Shown here: positions 55,816-64,000 of the stretch, one piece after another | How positions within the stretch are numbered: position 1 is the stretch's first letter | How the letters are laid out: every line of letters starts with the position of its first letter | DNA from: a virus | Taxonomy: Duplodnaviria; Caudoviricetes | Virus record (IMG/VR): IMGVR_UViG_3300042295_001683 | Coordinates: 9,404 to 73,403 of that record | Reading direction: 5' to 3' (one strand) | Length of the DNA: 64,000 nucleotides | Program-made: the position numbers and the translations under genes | The notes under the pieces: model-generated | Database searches by the model: none | What the model was told of the DNA's origin: nothing | The model's input: the letters and a program-made list of their open reading frames with translations, nothing else

Positions 55816-56217
55816 TTAAGCAGCTACCAATTCAGCTTTTATCTGTTGCAATGATTGTTTAAATTCTCCGTAAGCATACGGCTCAAAGTTTTTGATAGCA
55901 GCATCAACCAAATCTAAATCACCAACTTTAAAAGCTTGCTGCAATTCGTTGTATGCGATCGCCTCATTGAGATCGCCATGATTGAATGGGGTTAAATTAA
56001 AATCTGGGTAATCAGCTATTAATTGCTCCCATCGGTTTAAGCAATCTTCACAGGTGCGAAACTCTAGATTTGAGTTACCCCAAATCCCTTTAGATAACTG
56101 ATGCACTGTACCTTTGCTAAGTATCGCGTTACATTCACAGCATTCATAATCTTTGCGCCCTTTGACCATCCGCATGGTTTTACATCTGCAAGCGCCTGTT
56201 AATGGTTGTTTTCTCAT
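55816..56217 (-). CDS. Zn-binding phage hypothetical protein
   Basis: KGRKDYECCEC...TCEDC; AAGGAG RBS. Confidence 0.7.
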   Translation of the reverse strand: MRKQPLTGACRCKTMRMVKGRKDYECCECNAILSKGTVHQLSKGIWGNSNLEFRTCEDCLNRWEQLIADYPDFNLTPFNHGDLNEAIAYNELQQAFKVGDLDLVDAAIKNFEPYAYGEFKQSLQQIKAELVAA

Positions 56218-56331
56218 TGTTTAACTCCTTTGCTTGTATGAGATTTTACCACTTTGAAGACCCTAATCTTGTACGCCGATACCCTACTTTGTAAACAAAT
56301 ATTAAGAGTTTAAATATTTTTGGTTTTACTA

Positions 56332-56383
56332 TTGACAAAACCTATGGACTCGATCAACAATAGGTTATCGAGTTAAACAAAGC
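56332..56383 (+). promoter_or_regulatory. promoter closely matching the 2470 promoter; drives the csf1 operon
   Basis: TTGACAAAACCTATGGACTCGATCAACAATAGGTTATCGAGTTAAACAAAGC. Confidence 0.7.
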
Positions 56384-56384
56384 C

Positions 56385-56816
56385 ATGAACGCCAACCAAA
56401 TCGCACAAATCGCAACCGCTTTAAACGTCTCTCCCAACCAAATCAAGAGAGCTGAGGAATGGAAGAATGTACTTTTTGTTGTAGTTCAAGGGATGGGTGC
56501 TCGTTTTGTATCTAAGAAGGTGATTAAGGACATGAACACTACATTTAAAGGGATTGAAATTACTGAAGGTAGCTCTGTTTGGGTTAAGGTACATGATGGA
56601 AGATCTCACAAATGGGATATAGCTACAATTTCTAAAATCAATGAAGACAACACCAAATTTTCCTTGAGAGAATTACCTTTTATTGTCGATATTGCAACAG
56701 GTGAAGCGACTCTTTTGGGCAAAGAAGCAGAACATTTTGAAGTTGGATATCCTTACAAATGGGATTACATGACTAGAAAAAGCAACTCTCCAACCACAGG
56801 TGTGATTTATGCCTAG
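56385..56816 (+). CDS. hypothetical protein (cassette cargo)
   Basis: QIATALNVSPNQIKRAEEWKNVLFVVVQGMGARFVSKK. Confidence 0.7.
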   Translation: MNANQIAQIATALNVSPNQIKRAEEWKNVLFVVVQGMGARFVSKKVIKDMNTTFKGIEITEGSSVWVKVHDGRSHKWDIATISKINEDNTKFSLRELPFIVDIATGEATLLGKEAEHFEVGYPYKWDYMTRKSNSPTTGVIYA

Positions 56817-56869
56817 AGGATGCGACCACGGACATTGAATAAAATAAACTTAACCAGCCATCCTATAGG

Positions 56870-57559
56870 GTGGCTTTTGCCATGAATAATAATAATTACT
56901 GCTACCTTTGCGCCGCACCTAAAGCTGATAAACCGTTAGTTCTCAAAGATTCATTCACTGCACATAGTAGCGCTAGATGTCCTGATTCAAAGCATCTATG
57001 CGATCGCTGTGCATGGGTGATTCCGTTAAGGGCTTTTTATTGGAATGAAGCGAAGGGGAAATACAGCACATTATTTGCTAGGGGCTGGTCATGGCTTCTT
57101 TCTGCTGATAATGCGTATGGTTCTTACCCTAAATTTGGTAATCAACATACTGAGGGGGGGAACACGCTAGAAATAGTTGATCGCCTCCCCACACGCGCCC
57201 AAATCAGGACTTGGTTGCTTGATCCGCCAAAGCCGCCCTTTACTATTTGCATTGCGGAATCAGGGCAAAAACATATTTTGCCCTGGGCGCTAGAGGCAAC
57301 TAATCGCGATTATTTCCCAGTGCAATTTGAGCTCGATACGTTGCATATATATCGATCTGCCTTTACGCATTTACTCGCACGGTACGAGGAGCTTATGGCT
57401 ATGGGATTCTCAAAAACCGAGATTAATAGTGGCAACTATCGCTCTGACAAATTAGCTAAGTGCATCAGTGAGTACGCAGCATGTGAGGCTGTGATCGCTG
57501 CTAAGCGTGGTAATCGCTTGCTAGATTTGGTTAGCTATGTTGCAAAAGTATCAGAGTAA
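56870..57559 (+). CDS. csf1: type IV CRISPR large subunit Csf1 (Cas8-like)
   Basis: CYLC...DSFT...S..LCDRC Zn finger; WLLDPPKPPF..CIAESGQKHILPWA; VQFE. Confidence 0.8.
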   Translation: MAFAMNNNNYCYLCAAPKADKPLVLKDSFTAHSSARCPDSKHLCDRCAWVIPLRAFYWNEAKGKYSTLFARGWSWLLSADNAYGSYPKFGNQHTEGGNTLEIVDRLPTRAQIRTWLLDPPKPPFTICIAESGQKHILPWALEATNRDYFPVQFELDTLHIYRSAFTHLLARYEELMAMGFSKTEINSGNYRSDKLAKCISEYAACEAVIAAKRGNRLLDLVSYVAKVSE

Positions 57560-57571
57560 GAGACAGTAAAT

Positions 57572-58285
57572 ATGAAAAACTGTATATTTTGCAAGAAAGA
57601 ATTTGATGAAGGTAAAACAAAACGGCTTTGCTGTACTAGATCGTGTGCAGCAAAGTTTTCCACAGAGAAAAAAGGCGGATCAGCATGGAAACACGAAGAG
57701 ATCGAATATCTTGAAGATAATCTTGGTGTTTTGCCTTTTCCTGTATTGGTTAAATCTTTTAAGAAATGGTCCAAAAAACAAGGCTACTCAGAACGGACAG
57801 ATACTGCGATAGAAGTTCAAATCCATCGCATGACATCTAACTCGCACTTAAGCCGCAAATGCACTGAAGATAATTTTACTGTGTACGAGTTGTCTAGAGC
57901 TTTAGGAATATCAATGGATCGAGTTCGCTCATTTGTCCGCAATAGGAAATTGCAACCCCGCAAAATTGCCAGAAATCAGAATGCAGTTAAACGTAAAGAC
58001 GCGATCGCTTTAGTCCTGAATAATCCCTCGCATTTTGCTAACTGCGATCGCGATAACTTATTCTGGCTGCTAGAAGATGCAGAGCTAGTCGAAAAAGTCA
58101 AAAACTCAGAGCCGTCAACTAGAGGTTTTCGCCGTGCTGTGCGTTGTTATGCTCCTGATGGCATTAGAGTTTATTCTGGTGTAAAAGAAGCTGCTAGAGC
58201 TAATTTTGTTAAGCATAACTGTATATCCCAAGCGATCGCTAGGGGTGGCAAAAGCGCTGGTATGAAATGGGAGTGGGTGGAGTAA
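57572..58285 (+). CDS. DNA-binding protein (Zn finger, HTH, NUMOD1-like C-terminus)
   Basis: CIFCKKEF..CCTRSCA; FTVYELSRALGIS; YSGVKEAAR...ISQAI...SAGMKWEW. Confidence 0.6.
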   Translation: MKNCIFCKKEFDEGKTKRLCCTRSCAAKFSTEKKGGSAWKHEEIEYLEDNLGVLPFPVLVKSFKKWSKKQGYSERTDTAIEVQIHRMTSNSHLSRKCTEDNFTVYELSRALGISMDRVRSFVRNRKLQPRKIARNQNAVKRKDAIALVLNNPSHFANCDRDNLFWLLEDAELVEKVKNSEPSTRGFRRAVRCYAPDGIRVYSGVKEAARANFVKHNCISQAIARGGKSAGMKWEWVE

Positions 58286-58323
58286 ATTTGCTAAACTATT
58301 AGCAAAATCATACTTACAAAATT

Positions 58324-58659
58324 ATGGCATCCAAGAAAGATCCGCGCGAGATTGCTAAGCAAGTCAGAACACTTTTGCTTGATGTTGCGATGCCAGTCCC
58401 TCAACAAAACGATCGCCTGCGTGAGTTGGAATTGATTAACGAAAATATGCGGCTTGAGATTCAACGCATGGATCGTATGAGTTCGATGACTGCATTGCAT
58501 GGTGTCCCTACGACTTTATGCTTGATGGGTCGTGATAATGCGATCGTTGAAGTTGAAAAGTCAACTATTGAGGTTACTTACATTCCTGATGAACACACAT
58601 CTAAAGCTATTGAGTATCTTCGTGATGTCAAAAATTGGCAGATGTTGATCGGACAGTAA
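58324..58659 (+). CDS. hypothetical protein
   Basis: 111-aa ORF. Confidence 0.55.
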   Translation: MASKKDPREIAKQVRTLLLDVAMPVPQQNDRLRELELINENMRLEIQRMDRMSSMTALHGVPTTLCLMGRDNAIVEVEKSTIEVTYIPDEHTSKAIEYLRDVKNWQMLIGQ

Positions 58660-58743
58660 GCTAAAAACATCCGCGCCCTACGATATCGCCATCAAGGGGC
58701 GCGATAATGCTAGAATCGCTGTAAATTCGTTTATATAGAATAT

Positions 58744-59295
58744 GTGCCTAAACCAACAAAACCAAAGCCAATAAATTGGGTAGCTATACGAGCCGAATAT
58801 GAGGCGGGGGGAGTCACTTTACAGCAGCTTGCCGACAGATTAAATGTTAGCCTAAGAACCGTCTTAAGACGCTCTAAGAAAGAGTCTTGGGTGAAGGGGA
58901 TGCAGGAGATGTCACAAAGCGTGTCACAAGAAGTGTCACAAAAAGTCAGGGAAAGGGTAGTAGCTAAACGAGTAGAAAAAGCACTTAGCGATTTAGATAT
59001 TATCAATGAAGTTATCGGAATTACTCGCAATTACATTGTCGAAAATCCTGACAACTTTAAAACAACGGGTGAGGCGATCGCATCGTTAGATAGGATGCAA
59101 AAAATTAAGCTTGAGTACAGTCAAGAGCGTATAGAGAAATGGTTGTATGAAAGAGGACTTACTACAGTTCCCATTGCCGAATTTGCGTCACCAATCGAAG
59201 ATAGCAAAAGCGAAAGCTCAAACCCATTCGCAGACATCCTCGAATCAACAAGAGAAGATACAACTACATCCCCTCCAGCAAACAATAGCCAATAG
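58744..59295 (+). CDS. terS: terminase small subunit
   Basis: NWVAIRAEYEAG..TLQQLADRLNVS..TVLRRSKKESW HTH, directly upstream of TerL. Confidence 0.75.
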   Translation: MPKPTKPKPINWVAIRAEYEAGGVTLQQLADRLNVSLRTVLRRSKKESWVKGMQEMSQSVSQEVSQKVRERVVAKRVEKALSDLDIINEVIGITRNYIVENPDNFKTTGEAIASLDRMQKIKLEYSQERIEKWLYERGLTTVPIAEFASPIEDSKSESSNPFADILESTREDTTTSPPANNSQ

Positions 59296-60577
59296 CCAAG
59301 CTAAATACACGATCGCAGTATCAGGGCGGCGCTTTGGTAAAACCATCTTGCAGATATACAAAGCCCTTGAGCGCGTTGCGGTTGGTGCGCCATATAACCC
59401 AGTAGCGCCGCCTGTAGTGGTGTTAGCTGCTCCTACCTTGGTTATGGCTAGGCGATTACTCTGGAAGCAGTTGCTAAACACCTTACGCAATCACAAAGCG
59501 GTTGAGAATGTCAGCAAATCAGAATTTACGATTACATTTAAGAATCCCGATCCGTATAAGTTCTATATGCCCGATCTAATGATCATGGGACTTAACGATG
59601 GTGACGGCGATCGCGCTCGTGGTTTGCGCCTATGGCATTTTGGGGGTGATGAGTGGCAAGACTGGAAAGCAAGTATTTTTCCAGAGATTATTCAACCTGC
59701 GCTATCTGATACGCAAGGCAGTACAGCGCTATTTACTTATACTCCCAAGGGCAAGGTTAATCATACCTATGAGGCTTATCAAAACGCACTTGTTGCCGAT
59801 CCTAGGGTATGGCAAGCGTTTAAATATAAGAGTATCGAGAATCCGCACCTTAAACCAGAAGACATAGAGTTACTTAGGAATAGCTTAACGCCCCGCTTAT
59901 TCCGTCAAGAGATGGAAGCATCATTTGAAACTTTTGAGGGACAATTCTTTGAGACATTATCTGAATCGCACATCATCAGCGATCGCGACTTACCTAAAGA
60001 TTTCATTTATCGCATATTGTCAGTTGACTGGGGCGCGGTAAATCCTAGAGCCTTGGTAGTTTGCGCATTTATCAAAGACGGCTTTTATCACTGGTTTGTT
60101 GTTGATGAGTGGCGCGTGCCTAGGACAATGCAGGGGCAAGCAATATTAGAAGATGATTTTTTATACGAGTGCCATAAATTAGCTATGAAGTGGCGCGTCA
60201 ATAGAGCCTTTGGTGACCCATCCAGACCTGATGCGATCAAAGCTTTGCGCTCTTGGAAACCAAAAGAAGGGCAAGTATTCAAAGAACCATTTAAGAATTA
60301 CTGCACTGAATCACGTGGCGCGGTTAATGATTTTATTAAGGGCATTGACTTAATGAGTAGCGACTTCTACCACGAACGGATCAAGATTGTGGATACATTG
60401 CCTCAGTTCTTTGAGGAGTGCCAATCGTATCACCGCAAGAAGGATAAGTATGGCAATATCACAGAAGAAGAAGCAGATAACCAGGTGACGCATGGCATCG
60501 ACTGTTTACGGTATGCGATCGCTTCTATGCCTCCTGTTAACCGTCAATCTAGTTTTGGCAGTAGCAGGGCTATGTAA
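59147..60577 (+). CDS. terL: terminase large subunit
   Basis: LHPLQ, SGRRFGKT, ARGL...DE, TPKG, SVDWG, HGIDCLRYA. Confidence 0.92.
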   Translation: MKEDLLQFPLPNLRHQSKIAKAKAQTHSQTSSNQQEKIQLHPLQQTIANSQAKYTIAVSGRRFGKTILQIYKALERVAVGAPYNPVAPPVVVLAAPTLVMARRLLWKQLLNTLRNHKAVENVSKSEFTITFKNPDPYKFYMPDLMIMGLNDGDGDRARGLRLWHFGGDEWQDWKASIFPEIIQPALSDTQGSTALFTYTPKGKVNHTYEAYQNALVADPRVWQAFKYKSIENPHLKPEDIELLRNSLTPRLFRQEMEASFETFEGQFFETLSESHIISDRDLPKDFIYRILSVDWGAVNPRALVVCAFIKDGFYHWFVVDEWRVPRTMQGQAILEDDFLYECHKLAMKWRVNRAFGDPSRPDAIKALRSWKPKEGQVFKEPFKNYCTESRGAVNDFIKGIDLMSSDFYHERIKIVDTLPQFFEECQSYHRKKDKYGNITEEEADNQVTHGIDCLRYAIASMPPVNRQSSFGSSRAM

Positions 60578-60579
60578 TT

Positions 60580-60804
60580 ATGTTTTATGGAATTAAAGTT
60601 GAATTTATCAATGACATTGGCGGCGGATTGGAGATGCAAATATTAAGATGCTTATTTCGAGATAAACCTAGCCAAAAAGTAGTAGATAAACATGTAAAAG
60701 ATTGGGTCAAAAATGTTGAAGTTGCTTGTAATTCTGGAAAGTCTTTATTTAAAGTAAGTGAAGTTAGAAGAGTTAAAGTTATTGACTTTGTTTTGATTGA
60801 GTAA
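60580..60804 (+). CDS. hypothetical protein
   Basis: coupled ORF. Confidence 0.55.
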   Translation: MFYGIKVEFINDIGGGLEMQILRCLFRDKPSQKVVDKHVKDWVKNVEVACNSGKSLFKVSEVRRVKVIDFVLIE

Positions 60805-60811
60805 ATATCAA

Positions 60812-60845
60812 CAAAAAAAGCGCCATATCACTACAGCGCTTTTTT
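60812..60845. terminator. bidirectional terminator between convergent packaging and head operons
   Basis: AAAAAAAGCGC...GCGCTTTTTT. Confidence 0.7.
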
Positions 60846-60867
60846 GTTGGTTGAGTTAGCTAATTAG

Positions 60868-61092
60868 CTAAAAAACACCTAACAAGAATTGTTTGTCTGA
60901 ATCACCTAAATTAGAAATAGCAAGTCGTTCAAGAAAGGTTGTTTTCCAAATACACTTTTTTGTTTGCTCAATGTCGAAACACCATCCGTCAGACATTTTA
61001 TTTAAGTGATAATCAATGTCATTTTCAGTAAAAAGATTTTGCACCCAAGTCTTTAAAGCGTCCGAGCATCCACTAATTTGGTAGATTTCCAT
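60868..61092 (-). CDS. hypothetical protein
   Basis: 74-aa ORF after scaffold. Confidence 0.5.
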   Translation of the reverse strand: MEIYQISGCSDALKTWVQNLFTENDIDYHLNKMSDGWCFDIEQTKKCIWKTTFLERLAISNLGDSDKQFLLGVF

Positions 61093-61109
61093 GACTTTAG
61101 TTCAGCTAA

Positions 61110-61865
61110 TTAGCTAAGTCCTAACCCTCTCTTCACTAGGTCCATCGGATCGGCTGTGCGGTTAAAATCACTGGTTTGACGCTTGCCACTGCCATTAGGG
61201 ATGTTATCGCCACTAGCGCGATTAAGTGGCTTTGCTGCTGATGGCTTCTTAGCTGCAATCTCGTTAGCCCAATCTTCAATTGTGAAGGGTACAGTCTTCT
61301 TATCCACAACCTTAAATCGCTGAGTGCGATCTTTGACTGACTCAACGACAATCACTTCATACTCACCATCCTCATTCTCGATTGCTTCTAGCTGTTTAGC
61401 GTATGCAGGATTGTTGGTTAAATCATCAAGAAATTCAGACTTAAAAACTTGAGCAAAGGCGGCTTTGATTTCCTTTTTAATGAACTGCTGCTTAACCTTT
61501 GCGTCTTTCTCTTCTAGCCTTGCTAAAGCTTCTTCTTCGCGCTTCTTGGCTGCTGCTTTTTCGGCTGCTGTTTCGGTTAGCAATTGATCCTTGAACTTGG
61601 CAAAATCTCCAGTTTTTTTAGCGCGTTCTTCTTCATCCAAGCGATCCCTTTCTTTTATCTGATCCTCTAATTGCTTAGCTCGTTTGTTAGCAGCATCCGC
61701 TTCATCACGCAACTTTTTAAGAGTGCGCTTTACCGTGTCGTCTTCATCTGGTTTTGCGGGTGCTTTAGGTTCATCCGTAGCGCCGCTAGATACACTCTCG
61801 TTGGTTGTATCTCCGTCTGTAGCTTCGTTCTGTAGTGGGAACTTTCTAAAGTATTGTCTGGGCAT
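61110..61865 (-). CDS. capsid scaffolding protein
   Basis: acidic N-terminus, long charged coiled coil, ASG..G tail; downstream of portal. Confidence 0.75.
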   Translation of the reverse strand: MPRQYFRKFPLQNEATDGDTTNESVSSGATDEPKAPAKPDEDDTVKRTLKKLRDEADAANKRAKQLEDQIKERDRLDEEERAKKTGDFAKFKDQLLTETAAEKAAAKKREEEALARLEEKDAKVKQQFIKKEIKAAFAQVFKSEFLDDLTNNPAYAKQLEAIENEDGEYEVIVVESVKDRTQRFKVVDKKTVPFTIEDWANEIAAKKPSAAKPLNRASGDNIPNGSGKRQTSDFNRTADPMDLVKRGLGLS

Positions 61866-61867
61866 AT

Positions 61868-62239
61868 TTAAGCTCTAGTATGTTTACCTGATAGACTCGC
61901 ATAATTCTGTAGTTTCAAATTGTCGATAAGCCATTGCCGATCGCCATTGTATAAAGCCATTGTAGCTCTAAGATCGGAGCCACTTTGTTTTGTAATACTG
62001 TAGAACGATGGGACAGATTGACTGGTTACTCCAAGACTGCCGTCGGTCATTTGAGTATCGATAGTAGTCTTGTATGTGTCTAACCCGTCAAGCTTTGATT
62101 GTACCTCAGTTATGGCACTCGCTCCGTATGTGTCTTCGTAGGTTGTGAGAGTGCTTTCAATTAGAGTGTAATAGTCGCGTGTGAGATTGAGGTATTTCAC
62201 GATGCGATCGCGATCGTTGTTTGTCCATGTTTGTGTCAT
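61868..62239 (-). CDS. probable head-tail adaptor
   Basis: WT.NDRDRIVKYL helical protein next to portal. Confidence 0.5.
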   Translation of the reverse strand: MTQTWTNNDRDRIVKYLNLTRDYYTLIESTLTTYEDTYGASAITEVQSKLDGLDTYKTTIDTQMTDGSLGVTSQSVPSFYSITKQSGSDLRATMALYNGDRQWLIDNLKLQNYASLSGKHTRA

Positions 62240-62387
62240 AGTGGCTTAGTCCTTGGTAAATAAGCTATAGGGGAATAGCGAACCATGTAACCAGTAAAGT
62301 GATTGCGATCGGTGACTGGCTGTGAATATCTCAAAAACTCACGTCCATCTTTGGTAATTAATTGACAATTGATTGATTCATTGATAC

Positions 62388-63980
62388 TCATGATTCCGAC
62401 TCCGTTTCATCTTCTTCATCATTTTCGCTGTCATCTTCATCATCAGTCTCTACCGATTGGCTTTGATTAGCAGCAACCGTCTCAACAGGCTGAGCGATCG
62501 CCACAATCTTCTGATCTTTTGGTAAGAAGTTAACCCTATGCAAAATCTCAGTAGCTGCTTCTTCAGTTAAGCCTTTATTAATTACCTCAAAGATAGTGCG
62601 AATCAGATTCACATCAGCAGGGGCAAGAATAAAGCTCAAATCTACGTCAATTGTACCGTGATCCTCGGTTACGTCTTCACCTTCCCACATTGCCCAATGA
62701 CAAAAAACCTGCTGTGAGCATGATTCTTTGTTAACCTCATACTCTTGTAACCCTGCTTCGTTTTGCCCTGCTTTGATGCTCACCTCAGTAGCAGATTGTT
62801 GGACAAATGACTCACCCAAGAAATTGAAAACAGTCTGCTTAATCAATGCCTCTAATCTATCTAGCGCTTGAATCATAGGTGCAACGCTATTTGCGTCAGC
62901 TTGCAAATAGTAGACCTTAGCAGCCCCGATTTGAGTTATCACTGTCTCAATGACAGCATCGCCGCCTGTAGACAAAGGATCGCGTTTCTCTGGAATAAAA
63001 TCAATATGCTCACGAACTGCCGTTGGCTGCATCTTGCGAACTGTTGCAAGCCAATCGCTAAATACTTGGTAGTAAGTATGATTCTTTTGCTGCAAATCAA
63101 GCAATGGCGGAATCGTATCCCATGGGTTAGCACTGGTTACTGAGTAAAGCACAAAGGGGATTTGACTTAGTGGCTTACCATTGGTATCTAGCAATGGCTT
63201 AGGCGATTCTACCTGTACATATTCCTTTTCGCCTTTGTCATTAGTTTCAATGCAAGTTACCGATCGCATCACAGCATAATAAATACGATCTTCTTCTTGC
63301 ACTTTGATTAGCTCGTATTCCCAGCAATAATTTTTCATTGATTGCTTGTAACGGGTTTCGCTAATCACCTCACTGCGATCGATGGTAATGTGCTTGAGTA
63401 ACACCGATCCATCATTAGTGTATTCGTAATCCTTAATGTCGATATCAAGGCGTGGGATTAGCACTGAGTAAGGACGCAAATCTAATTGTTGTTCAACTGC
63501 ACGATTAGGAATTTCGCCAAAATTAGGATAAAGGGTAAGCACCCCTACAAAGCCATCTCTAACAGCCATGCGATCGGCTTCGAGAAAGAATGCTCTAATT
63601 GATGTTCCGCGCTTGTCAAAGTTTTTGGAGGCATTGATAACCGACTCAGGTACATTGCCACTAAGCACCCATTTACTTAGCAAACTAGATACAATCTTGA
63701 CGGCTGGTTTAAAGAAGTTAACAAATAGCGATCGCCTTAATCTAAAATACCACTCTTTCGGTGTTTCGGCTGGCATGAGAGGGAGATACTCCTCAGCCAA
63801 ATCATCAATAATCTGATCGAGGTTTTCGCCATAAATCCAAGCGCTTTGACCTTCATAGAAATCTATGCAACGTCTGACATTAGCTTGCTGTCTTTGATAA
63901 GCAAGGCTCTTTAATGTTGGGTTGTTATCGTCGCCAAGTATGTTACCGCCCCGATAGCCTTTAGCGATCGCTTCTGGCAA
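62388..63980 (-). CDS. portal protein (DUF4055-like); frame stays open to the window edge
   Basis: YLP..PAET...Y.FRLRRS.F.N; IPFV; PPLLDL...N; SATE; acidic tail. Confidence 0.85.
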   Translation of the reverse strand: MPEAIAKGYRGGNILGDDNNPTLKSLAYQRQQANVRRCIDFYEGQSAWIYGENLDQIIDDLAEEYLPLMPAETPKEWYFRLRRSLFVNFFKPAVKIVSSLLSKWVLSGNVPESVINASKNFDKRGTSIRAFFLEADRMAVRDGFVGVLTLYPNFGEIPNRAVEQQLDLRPYSVLIPRLDIDIKDYEYTNDGSVLLKHITIDRSEVISETRYKQSMKNYCWEYELIKVQEEDRIYYAVMRSVTCIETNDKGEKEYVQVESPKPLLDTNGKPLSQIPFVLYSVTSANPWDTIPPLLDLQQKNHTYYQVFSDWLATVRKMQPTAVREHIDFIPEKRDPLSTGGDAVIETVITQIGAAKVYYLQADANSVAPMIQALDRLEALIKQTVFNFLGESFVQQSATEVSIKAGQNEAGLQEYEVNKESCSQQVFCHWAMWEGEDVTEDHGTIDVDLSFILAPADVNLIRTIFEVINKGLTEEAATEILHRVNFLPKDQKIVAIAQPVETVAANQSQSVETDDEDDSENDEEDETESES

Positions 63981-64000
63981 TTGATTTGGCTGTAACGTGA

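Overview
This window is most of a tailed (siphovirus-like) temperate phage or phage-plasmid. The very frequent HIP1 octamer GCGATCGC points to a cyanobacterial host. Virion genes present are portal, scaffold, TerS/TerL, head-tail joining proteins, major tail protein, a frameshifting tail chaperone, tape measure and tail-tip genes. They are scattered among many small promoter-driven accessory cassettes, and no major capsid gene, integrase or endolysin is recognisable in the window. The element carries two CRISPR-related effectors. (1) A type IV-B-like operon, cas11-csf2-csf3-cysH-cupin-cas6 (6575-2586, minus strand), whose csf1 sits about 50 kb away on the other strand behind its own promoter. 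(2) A catalytically intact TnpB-like Cas12 (C2c8/V-U2-like) whose reading frame stops inside the first repeat of a 5-repeat mini CRISPR array, the only array seen. No cas1/cas2 is present. Other oddities are a C5 methyltransferase with a nested second-frame subunit, a tRNA-like RNA with a ~45-nt insertion in the anticodon arm, and a recurring architecture of promoter, cargo gene, tiny DNA-binding gene and terminator. All family calls come from motif recognition by eye, not database searches.
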